Assembly (NCBI GenBank): GCA_041640415.1
Contig: JBEQAI010000001.1
Span: 1-36,954, forward strand
Direction: 5' to 3'
Source of the DNA: Ammoniphilus sp.
GTDB lineage: Bacteria; Bacillota; Bacilli; Aneurinibacillales; RAOX-1
DNA length: 36,954 nt
Shown here piece by piece: positions 27,565 through 35,018 of the stretch. Every line of letters begins with the position of its first letter. Positions within the stretch are counted from its first letter, which is position 1. A model generated the notes under the pieces. The model was not told where the DNA came from. It saw nothing but the letters and a program-made list of their open reading frames with translations, and made no database searches. The position numbers were made by a program, and so were the translations under genes.

Positions 27565-27599
27565 AAAAAAAGAGACCGGCTGTACTTATGCCGGTCTTT
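27565..27599 (-). terminator. Intrinsic terminator ending the grd operon
   Basis: Minus strand AGACCGGC-ATAAGTACA-GCCGGTCT-CTTTTTT. Confidence 0.85.
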
Positions 27600-27609
27600 A
27601 ATTTAAATC

Positions 27610-27945
27610 CTATACTGCATTCTCACTGGCGCTTTGGCTAAGGATCAGTCCTTCGACAGACTCGATGTTGACATCCTTGCCTCCTAAGCGGCCCACTTCC
27701 TGCCCATCCTTAAATAGCAGGAAGGAAGGCAATCCAATTACTCGAAGATCGATGCACAGCCTCCGATTTTCAGCGCTGTTTAGCTTAACTACCTTCACTT
27801 GCCCTTGATACTTTTTTTCCAATTCTTCTACTGCCGGCATAAGGGCGATGCATGGATCACACGTCGGGCCCCAAATGTCGACTAGAACTGGCTGCTGGGA
27901 CTCCCGTACTTCCGCTTGAAAATTTTCCTTGTTTACTTCGATCAT
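27610..27945 (-). CDS. trxA: Thioredoxin (glycine-reductase-associated type)
   Basis: WGPTCDPC active site and NRRLCIDLRVIGLP, as in grd-operon thioredoxins. Confidence 0.92.
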   Translation of the reverse strand: MIEVNKENFQAEVRESQQPVLVDIWGPTCDPCIALMPAVEELEKKYQGQVKVVKLNSAENRRLCIDLRVIGLPSFLLFKDGQEVGRLGGKDVNIESVEGLILSQSASENAV

Positions 27946-29393
27946 TTTGAACCGCTCCCCTCATTTTTTTCAATAATATAAGACATTCCGTCAGAAAGCT
28001 TCGTCATCTTTCCGAGGAACAGACTTCCCTTAGCTACAAACATAGCGTTGTTAATCTCTCCGTTCATAATCATGTCGCGGGCATGACCCATGAATGGAAT
28101 GGCCGCTGCAATGTGACCTTGCGTTGGAGAGAAACCTACCATCCCATGCTTTTCTTCAAAATCGTTCATTTTCGCTTTTTCCAGCTCCCCGCCTAGTACG
28201 GCCATAGCCGCTAAGGTGCGATAGTTGGTTTTAGGCACATTTCCGTTGCCGTTAGGTTCCGTTACTTCAGGATTATGCATTTCCACGGAATACTTATCGA
28301 TATCCAGGATGCTTCGACCAATCCTTTTTAACGGCTTTACAACAAGAGAGTTATAGATTTGCTGTGCGGAAGATCCTGCGGAAATTTCATGCTTGCCTAC
28401 AGCATCCAAGCGAACGACAGGGCTTACTCCATCATCCTTCCCGATGAGAATAGCAATGGCACCCATTTGATCCTCAATAATTGGCATGTCGTTTTTCAGG
28501 TGGCCGGCATATTTCATTCCGAGTTTGGCTAAGCATCCGCCGCCGATGACCACAATTTCATCATATAAACCTGACTGGACGAGACCTGCAGCTACCACAA
28601 TCGCGTGGGCCGGAGCGCAGCAGAAGGATTTGATATCCGATCCTGTTGCATTTTGGCATCCTGCCAGCTCAGCAATGGATTTCGCCATATTTCCGCCGCC
28701 GCGCTGATAGCGATCGCCCACCGCTTCTTCATCGCAGCCAATGACATAATCCACTTGATCAGGAGTGACGCCAAATGCGCTTAGCGCGTGACGCATCGCG
28801 ACAACACCAGAAGCTTTGTTGCATAAGTTCTCTAAGATGATGTCTCCTGTTAAGTTGTGATCCTCTTCATGTCCCGTTGCCACATAACCAATCAGCTGCG
28901 TTTTATTGACATGCAAGGGAACCGCCAACCCTTGACTGATTTTTTCTTCGATGCTTGCGAGGCTTACCCCATTGCCTAATCGTCCAATATCACTGGCTTG
29001 GATCAGGGGGTGCTGTTCGAGCTTGAATTTGACCTCGGACAAAAATCCTTCCTCTATTTGAACGAGGTTAAATTCATCCGAGATTTTCAGCCAGCCGTAA
29101 AATTCATCTTCAGGCATGATTTCCCCGCCCTTGCTGAAACGCTGGGCATTGGGCGCCTTCGCCTTGTGCCATGGCCCCTCGATTTCCTTCAGCGCCTCTG
29201 GACGCATGTTCCCAATGAACACTTGGTTCGGAGGATATGCTACGGCTTCCTCATAGCTTCTTAGATGGGGGAGAATCCGATCGAGCACGGACGGATCCTT
29301 TTCAATTTCGCGAACGGGCTTGGAGCCATGTCGCACTAAGCTCGGTGTATGGGTTAGTACAAAAGAAGCTCCTTTAATTACGGGTCTAGTCAT
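27942..29393 (-). CDS. grdC: Glycine/sarcosine/betaine reductase component C beta subunit (FabH-like)
   Basis: LRSYEEAVAYPPNQVFIGN, EEAVGDRYQRGGGN, AKLGM, PTQGHI and KGSLFLGKMT. Confidence 0.92.
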   Translation of the reverse strand: MTRPVIKGASFVLTHTPSLVRHGSKPVREIEKDPSVLDRILPHLRSYEEAVAYPPNQVFIGNMRPEALKEIEGPWHKAKAPNAQRFSKGGEIMPEDEFYGWLKISDEFNLVQIEEGFLSEVKFKLEQHPLIQASDIGRLGNGVSLASIEEKISQGLAVPLHVNKTQLIGYVATGHEEDHNLTGDIILENLCNKASGVVAMRHALSAFGVTPDQVDYVIGCDEEAVGDRYQRGGGNMAKSIAELAGCQNATGSDIKSFCCAPAHAIVVAAGLVQSGLYDEIVVIGGGCLAKLGMKYAGHLKNDMPIIEDQMGAIAILIGKDDGVSPVVRLDAVGKHEISAGSSAQQIYNSLVVKPLKRIGRSILDIDKYSVEMHNPEVTEPNGNGNVPKTNYRTLAAMAVLGGELEKAKMNDFEEKHGMVGFSPTQGHIAAAIPFMGHARDMIMNGEINNAMFVAKGSLFLGKMTKLSDGMSYIIEKNEGSGSK

Positions 29394-29406
29394 TGTCTTC
29401 CTCCTA

Positions 29407-30372
29407 TTAAACCTGGGTGGTTTGCAAGTTCATCGCTTTGATTTCTTCTTCTAGATTTTCCACATAGTGCTGTGCAGATAGAGCGGCAATGCTGCCATCC
29501 CCTGTTGCGGTCACCACCTGGCGGAGGGTCTTCTCCCTGACATCCCCAGCAGCAAAGATCCCCGGGATGCTCGTTTTCATCTGCTCATCCGTCGGAATGT
29601 AACCCGCTTCATTGGTTACCCCAAGATCTTTAATAAAGTCGGTAATCGGATCCATACCCACGTAGATGAATACACCGTTGGTTGGATAATTGGTGACTTC
29701 CCCGCTGACCAAATCTCGGATTTTCACGGACTCAACCATGCCATCCCCTTCAATGAGGTCGACTGCCGAGTTCCAAATGATATGAATTTTCGGATTTTCA
29801 AAAGCGCGATCTTGGATAATCTTTTGCGCGCGGAATTCATCCCGGCGATGGACAATCGTTACTTTGGAAGCAAAGCGAGTGAGGAATAGGGCTTCTTCTA
29901 CAGCCGAATCCCCGCCTCCAATCACCACCAATTCAAGATCCTGGAAGAAGGCGCCATCGCAAACCGCACAATAGGAAACCCCTCGTCCGGCAAACTCGAT
30001 TTCTCCGGGTACGCCTAGCTTTCTTGGAAGGGCGCCTGTCGTAATGATGACGGACTTAGCCAGATAATCCCGTCCATCGATCACAACGGTTTTATAGGGA
30101 TGGCCATCCTTGATGTCGCTAATTTTTCCGCGCAGGTGCTCCGCGTTAAATTTGATCGCATGATCGTACATATACTTGGACAACTCCGGCCCTAAGATGG
30201 TGCTGAATCCCGGATAGTTTTCAATCTCTTCCGTGTTCATCATCTGCCCGCCAGGACTTCCCTTTTCCACCATCAGCGTACTCATGTTCGCACGTGCCGT
30301 ATAGACTGCTGCCGTCAGTCCGGCTGGACCTGCCCCGGCAATAATGACATCGTAAATTTTTTGTTCGCTCAT
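29407..30372 (-). CDS. trxB: Thioredoxin-disulfide reductase
   Basis: GAGPAGLTAA, GVSYCAVCDG, GGGDSAVEEA, HRRDEFRA (NADPH) and FAAGDV. Start revised to ATG 30372 (RBS GGGAGGGG). Confidence 0.96.
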   Translation of the reverse strand: MSEQKIYDVIIAGAGPAGLTAAVYTARANMSTLMVEKGSPGGQMMNTEEIENYPGFSTILGPELSKYMYDHAIKFNAEHLRGKISDIKDGHPYKTVVIDGRDYLAKSVIITTGALPRKLGVPGEIEFAGRGVSYCAVCDGAFFQDLELVVIGGGDSAVEEALFLTRFASKVTIVHRRDEFRAQKIIQDRAFENPKIHIIWNSAVDLIEGDGMVESVKIRDLVSGEVTNYPTNGVFIYVGMDPITDFIKDLGVTNEAGYIPTDEQMKTSIPGIFAAGDVREKTLRQVVTATGDGSIAALSAQHYVENLEEEIKAMNLQTTQV

Positions 30373-30403
30373 TTTTTTGACCCCTCCCCTAATCTGATAT
30401 AGG

Positions 30404-30433
30404 ATCAAGGGGGCGGGCATCCGACCCCTTGAT
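30404..30433. other. Intercistronic stem-loop between grdA and trxB
   Basis: ATCAAGGGG..CGG-GCAT-CCG..CCCCTTGAT; no U-tract on the minus strand. Confidence 0.55.
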
Positions 30434-30444
30434 TGATTTTATAT

Positions 30445-30903
30445 TTAAAGGCATCTAGCTCGAGCTGTTTTCATCATTTCGCAAATGCCGTCCTTATCAA
30501 GAGAAAGCTCCATAATTCCAATTTGCTCCTGGTAAATCTCTTCCGGAACAATCGCTTTGATTTCGTCTTCTAGCACATGATAAACTTGCAAGCCTAAAGC
30601 CACACCGGCTAAAGGTCCGGCATAGGTTGGGTCTCCCATCGTTACGGTTTCAGCGTAGATATCTGCACTATCCGCATCAGGAGATCCTAGAATCACCATC
30701 ACGTTATCTTTTCCGTATTGCTCTACAGCTTTAATTAAAGAACCTTGAACCTCAAGGTCCATAGCGCCTGCCGCTGTTCAGACGAAGCACTGGGTGTCCA
30801 TGAAGATGACTTCTCCGCCGCTCGCTTGCACACACTCGGCAATCGCAGGAGCCGGAACCCCGTCTCTTTCTCCAACGATAATGATCTTTTTATCTTTTAA
30901 CAT
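30445..30903 (-). CDS. grdA: Reductase selenoprotein A, 152 aa, Sec42
   Basis: ATG 30903 MLKDKKIIIVGERDGVPAPAIAEC...TQCFV-UGA(30778-30780)-TAAGAMDLEVQ gives the CxxU motif; GDPTYAGPLAGV. The ORF track shows only the C-terminal part. Confidence 0.96.
30740..30760 (-). promoter_or_regulatory. SECIS of grdA
   Basis: GGACCUUGA-GGU-UCAAGGUUC 9-bp stem; the loop begins at nt 27 after the UGA. Confidence 0.7.
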
Positions 30904-30929
30904 GCTGATCTCTCCCTTAGTTTCAAGTT

Positions 30930-32237
30930 TTAGTATTTCACTTCAAAAATCGTCGCTTCTTCAACCCCTGTTTCTAATGCCTGCAAAGCCACTCCTACGC
31001 GATACTTACGCATTTTCCGTTCATCTGCCGGCGATAGGTTAGGATCTCCCAGCGGATGAGGAATGGAAACCGTCGGCACAATCCGGTTGGCTCCCACGGT
31101 CTTGGCAATGGAAACAAGGTTGGCCATTTGTACAATTGTAATGCCTGCTCTTTCAATTTCTTTCACCATCGTTGCACCGCAACGAGTACAAGTCCCTCAG
31201 GTGGATGTTAGGATAACCGCAGATACGTTGGCATCCCTTAACTGCTGGGCAATTTCCGCTCCCATGCGGCTAGCATCGGCCTGGGTTGTTCCTGTCCCTA
31301 CCGTGGAGTAGACATACTCATGGATTTTGCCAACTCTTCCTTCCTGCTCATACTCACGCAGCACATCAAGCGGAACGATGACATTCGGATTTTCATTGGC
31401 AAAAGATGGGTCGAAACCAGCATGGATGGTCTGCCACTCGCCACCCTTTAAAGAATCTTGGCCAGCAATGCTGTATTTACCCCATTTGGTAGCGGAAGCC
31501 GACTGGATGCGATCTGGATTTCCTACCGGGACAATTCCTCCAGAGTTTACAAAAGCAATGGTTGCATCCCTTAAATCAACTGTAGGCGCAATGTCCACGC
31601 GGTCCACCTTCGGCATAGGCATTTCCGTGATAAACGCTTCGCCGTTTAACTTTTTCAACAGCATCTTGACGACACGATCAGCCCCTAATTCATTGGTAAA
31701 CGCTTCAAAGCGGATACCTCTTGGGAAATACCCTTCCTCACGGGCTGACTTTAGCGGTTCGCCGTTGGCTAGTTTCTTTAGAAACTTAGCAAGAGCTGGT
31801 ACATCCTTGCGCATCGCCCCCGCACTATCACCGCCTTCAAATATGTAGAGATCCTTGCGGAACATTTCCACAGCCGGATTTTCTACATGCATGCTGGTTA
31901 CGACCGGAACCCCAAAATGTTCTTCTACAGCCTTACAGATTTTGGCGCAGGCAAAACCGTATCGTCCAGCTAGGAAGGCCGGTCCTGCAATGAAGAGGTC
32001 GAATTCCACTCCCTTCAGGTAGCCGATGATGGTTTCAATCGCGGTCTCTTCATTGGATCCGAAGAAGTTATCTCCGCAGATGATCGTATGCGTAACCTCA
32101 ATTTCTGGGGCCACGGTGTTTTTGAGAAGCATGCCTGGGCCGATCACCCCAACATGTATCGTCGGCGCGTAATCCGCTTTATCTTCTCCCCCGATTTGTC
32201 CAAAGAATTGGTTGATATAATGTACAGCCTTTTTCAT
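30930..32237 (-). CDS. grdB: Reductase selenoprotein B (GrdB family; probably betaine-type GrdH), 435 aa, Sec347
   Basis: HYINQFFGQIGGEDKAD, GPAFLAGRYG and ILTST-UGA(31197-31199)-GTCTRCGATMVKEIER (UxxCxxC). The two ORF-track fragments are in one frame. Confidence 0.95.
31169..31185 (-). promoter_or_regulatory. SECIS of grdB/H
   Basis: UCGUUGC-GGU-GCAACGA 7-bp stem; the loop begins at nt 19 after the UGA. Confidence 0.8.
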
Positions 32238-32251
32238 TTCTCCATCACCTC

Positions 32252-33559
32252 CTAATATTCAATTACCGTTTTATAATGAGCTCCTGTATTGGCATCGGAG
32301 CAGAAGAAGCCGTTGTTTTCCATTTCAATGGATCCGTCTTCTTTCACTGACCCTTCCCAGCCGCCGGAATTGCCATCTCTGGCTAGGGCAATCAAGCTGC
32401 CGATGACGATTTCCATTGGAGGTAGCTTTAATAGCTGTGATACATTTCCTGTACTGACGATGGCATCCGCTTTATCGGACAGGTCAACCAATGATTGGGA
32501 GCGCCCGTCTCTTCCTGTACATTCGTTGGTGATTCCAACCGTTTTAATTCCTGCATCTTCCAGTTCATTGATTACAGCTATAAAATCGGCGTCCGGATTC
32601 CCGTACCCTTCTTCGCATACGATGGCTCCCTGAGCCCCCAAAGACGTGGCAATTTGTCTTACCTGCATCGCTGAACGGGTCTTTTCTTCCAGCTTGACAT
32701 TCAGGTTGGAAAGAATGACGCCTAGGAAATTGATGGTTTTCCCATGTTCCTTCAGCAAGTTCTTAATCGTAGGATTATTGGCATGCTGATAGGTGGATAT
32801 TTTGGAGGAGCAAGGCATAAAGCTTCCTGAAATGACCGCTCCGTCCAGCAATTCGTTCGGATGAATGAGCGTAGGAACCATGCGGTTGCTATCCCATCCG
32901 TAGAAAAGAGCGTTGTGACCGCTTTCAATCATCTGAGATTGAAGCTGCATAACATAGACGACTCCCGGTAGTTCGGTTACTTTTGCCTCACGCTGATTGA
33001 GCGGAGGAAGTTCATACACTTCCAGCTCTTCCGGCTCTTGGCTTTTCACGCAATTGCCGATATATTCAGCCAGCCTCATGCCTGCCCAGCGAAGCGCTTT
33101 ATTTTTCTTTTGCTGTTCATTGCGTTCGAATTCTTCATCCGTATCCGCAACTAAGCAAATATTGATCAGACTGGAAAATTGGGTCTGGTTTGCCCCTGGA
33201 CCGCTCATATCAATCAGTCCATCTTGAAATCCGCCCCAATACTTTCCAACAGCGAGTACGGAAGTGCCTTTCAAGGCATGCGTACGACCGCTTCCAGCTG
33301 GAACCAGTTTATTAAGCACCCCCGGAAACAGCGTTCCTCCAGATACCTTACACCGCGGTTCAATCGCTTCTTTCACTGGAGTAATGCGAATGGGATCACC
33401 AGGCTTAGCAAGTACAATATCTGCATCCGTGATATGTTCGTCTTCACGAACTACTTGCAAAGCCTCTTGTTTGTTCAGTGTCAGAATTCCATCTTGATAA
33501 GATGTGCTGTCACCGAAAACAACATCTTTTACATAGAAATTGCCGATTTCAAGCTTCAT
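32252..33559 (-). CDS. grdE: Reductase component B alpha/beta proprotein (GrdE family; probably betaine-type GrdI)
   Basis: MKLEIGNFYVKDVVFG, GSGRTHALKG, GLIDMSGPGA, HPNELLDGA and EEGYGNPDAD. SGSFMPCSSK occupies the position of the glycine-type DCVSACDK motif. Confidence 0.88.
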   Translation of the reverse strand: MKLEIGNFYVKDVVFGDSTSYQDGILTLNKQEALQVVREDEHITDADIVLAKPGDPIRITPVKEAIEPRCKVSGGTLFPGVLNKLVPAGSGRTHALKGTSVLAVGKYWGGFQDGLIDMSGPGANQTQFSSLINICLVADTDEEFERNEQQKKNKALRWAGMRLAEYIGNCVKSQEPEELEVYELPPLNQREAKVTELPGVVYVMQLQSQMIESGHNALFYGWDSNRMVPTLIHPNELLDGAVISGSFMPCSSKISTYQHANNPTIKNLLKEHGKTINFLGVILSNLNVKLEEKTRSAMQVRQIATSLGAQGAIVCEEGYGNPDADFIAVINELEDAGIKTVGITNECTGRDGRSQSLVDLSDKADAIVSTGNVSQLLKLPPMEIVIGSLIALARDGNSGGWEGSVKEDGSIEMENNGFFCSDANTGAHYKTVIEY

Positions 33560-33606
33560 CTCCTATCCCCCTTCTTCCCTTGCGGGTTTTGTTGTTGGTT
33601 ACTTTC

Positions 33607-33643
33607 TAATCATGATTATAATTTGTTTATGATTATAAGTCAA
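33607..33643 (-). promoter_or_regulatory. grd operon sigmaA promoter (TTGACT-17-TATAAT) with TAATCATGATTA operator
   Basis: -35 at 33638-33643, -10 at 33615-33620, palindrome at 33607-33618, extra half site ATAATCAT in the spacer. Confidence 0.8.
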
Positions 33644-33677
33644 TCACAATTTGGCTAATTATTAGAATTTTAAAATC

Positions 33678-33719
33678 TTTACTCCTGTAATAATCTTGAT
33701 TATAATGTAATCATGTTTG
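33678..33719 (+). promoter_or_regulatory. Malic enzyme sigmaA promoter (TTTACT-17-TATAAT) with two near-consensus operators
   Basis: -35 at 33678-33683, -10 at 33701-33706; ATAATCTTGATTAT at 33690-33703 and TAATCATGTTTG at 33708-33719. Confidence 0.75.
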
Positions 33720-33747
33720 TAACTTTATTTTAAAAGGAGAGATAGGG

Positions 33748-34938
33748 TTGTCAATCTTACGAATGGAGTCATTGAAACTTCATCAAGACTATCAGGGGAA
33801 ATTAAGCGTTCAAGTGAAGGTGCCTGTCAACAATGCGAAGGATTTAAGCTTGGCTTACTCTCCAGGTGTGGCAGAGCCTTGCCTGGAAATCTTCAGGGAT
33901 CCTCAGCGAGTATATGACTATACAATGAAAGGAAATTTGGTCGGGGTCATTTCCGACGGAACGGCTGTGCTCGGTCTCGGAAATATCGGCGCCTCAGCTG
34001 CCATTCCAGTTATGGAAGGGAAAGCGCTTCTATTCAAAGCCTTTGCCGGTGTAGATGCCTTTCCCCTCTGCCTGAATACAACCGATATCGATCGATTCAT
34101 AGACACCGTGAAAATACTGGAACCGATGTTTGGCGGCATCAATCTGGAAGATATTGCGGCCCCGAATTGCTTCATTATCGAAGAACGCTTAAAGAAGGAA
34201 CTGAACATCCCTATCTTTCATGATGATCAGCATGGAACAGCCGTTGTTACATCGGCAGGCTTGATTAATGCCTTAAAGTTGGTAGGAAAAAAGCTTTCCG
34301 AAATTAAGATCGTCGTGAACGGGGCGGGAGCTGCCGGGATCGCGATCACCAAGCTTTTATACAGCCTAGGCGTTAGGCATACCATCCTCTGCGATACAAA
34401 GGGAGCCATCTATGAAGGGCGTCCACACGGTATGAACTTCATTAAAGAAGAAGTTTCCAAAATAACGAACCAGGAACGCATACAGGGTTCCTTAAGCGAA
34501 GTTTTACGCGGCGCTGATGTCTTCATCGGTGTTTCCCAGCCTGGCTTACTTACCTATGATGACATCCAGGCCATGGCCAAGGATCCGATTGTCTTCGCGA
34601 TGGCTAATCCTATACCGGAAATTATGCCGGAAGAGGCGAAAGCTGCCGGTGTCAAGGTCATAGGCACTGGGCGTTCCGATTACCCCAATCAGGTAAACAA
34701 TGTCCTGGCCTTTCCCGGTATTTTCCGCGGGGCCTTGGACGTAGGCGCTACAGATATAAATGAGGAGATGAAACGGGCCGCTGTTTATGCCATCGCCAGT
34801 TTAGTGGATGATCATGAGTTGTCTCCTGACTATGTCATTCCATCCCCCTTTGATCCTCGTGTAGCTCCTCATGTGGCAGCAGCGGTAGCTGAGGCTGCCC
34901 AGCGCAGTGGAGTGGCAAGACAATTGGTGAAGGCTTAA
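33748..34938 (+). CDS. NAD(P)-dependent malic enzyme, YtsJ/MaeB-type
   Basis: DLSLAYSPGVA, DGTAVLGLG, PVMEGKA, GGINLEDI, FHDDQHGTA, NGAGAAG and TGRSDYPNQVNNVL. TTG start with RBS AAGGAG. Confidence 0.95.
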   Translation: MSILRMESLKLHQDYQGKLSVQVKVPVNNAKDLSLAYSPGVAEPCLEIFRDPQRVYDYTMKGNLVGVISDGTAVLGLGNIGASAAIPVMEGKALLFKAFAGVDAFPLCLNTTDIDRFIDTVKILEPMFGGINLEDIAAPNCFIIEERLKKELNIPIFHDDQHGTAVVTSAGLINALKLVGKKLSEIKIVVNGAGAAGIAITKLLYSLGVRHTILCDTKGAIYEGRPHGMNFIKEEVSKITNQERIQGSLSEVLRGADVFIGVSQPGLLTYDDIQAMAKDPIVFAMANPIPEIMPEEAKAAGVKVIGTGRSDYPNQVNNVLAFPGIFRGALDVGATDINEEMKRAAVYAIASLVDDHELSPDYVIPSPFDPRVAPHVAAAVAEAAQRSGVARQLVKA

Positions 34939-34944
34939 GTAAAG

Positions 34945-34977
34945 AAAGAGGGTGTCCCTAAGGTGACACCCTCTTTT
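34945..34977 (+). terminator. Intrinsic terminator after the malic enzyme
   Basis: AAAGAGGGTGTC-N8-GACACCCTCTTTT. Confidence 0.85.
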
Positions 34978-34992
34978 ATGCCCCTATCTCAC

Positions 34993-35014
34993 AAAAAAAG
35001 TGCCCAGCAGGCAC
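34993..35014 (-). terminator. Intrinsic terminator after the molybdoenzyme
   Basis: Minus strand GTGCC-TGCTG-GGCAC-TTTTTTT. Confidence 0.7.
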
Positions 35015-35018
35015 CAAG

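Noticed and set aside
30445-32237. grdA and grdB as split pseudogenes
   Set aside because: The breaks are in-frame UGA at the known CxxU and UxxCxxC Sec positions, with SECIS hairpins and selA/selC nearby.
33632-33650. Rex or Fnr site at the grd promoter (TTGTGA half site)
   Set aside because: Only one half matches; the second half is not TCACAA at the required spacing.
19819-33719. TAATCATGATTA as a PerR, Fur or Zur box
   Set aside because: Those are 7-1-7 type inverted repeats with a single central base; this motif has an even CATG centre and different spacing.
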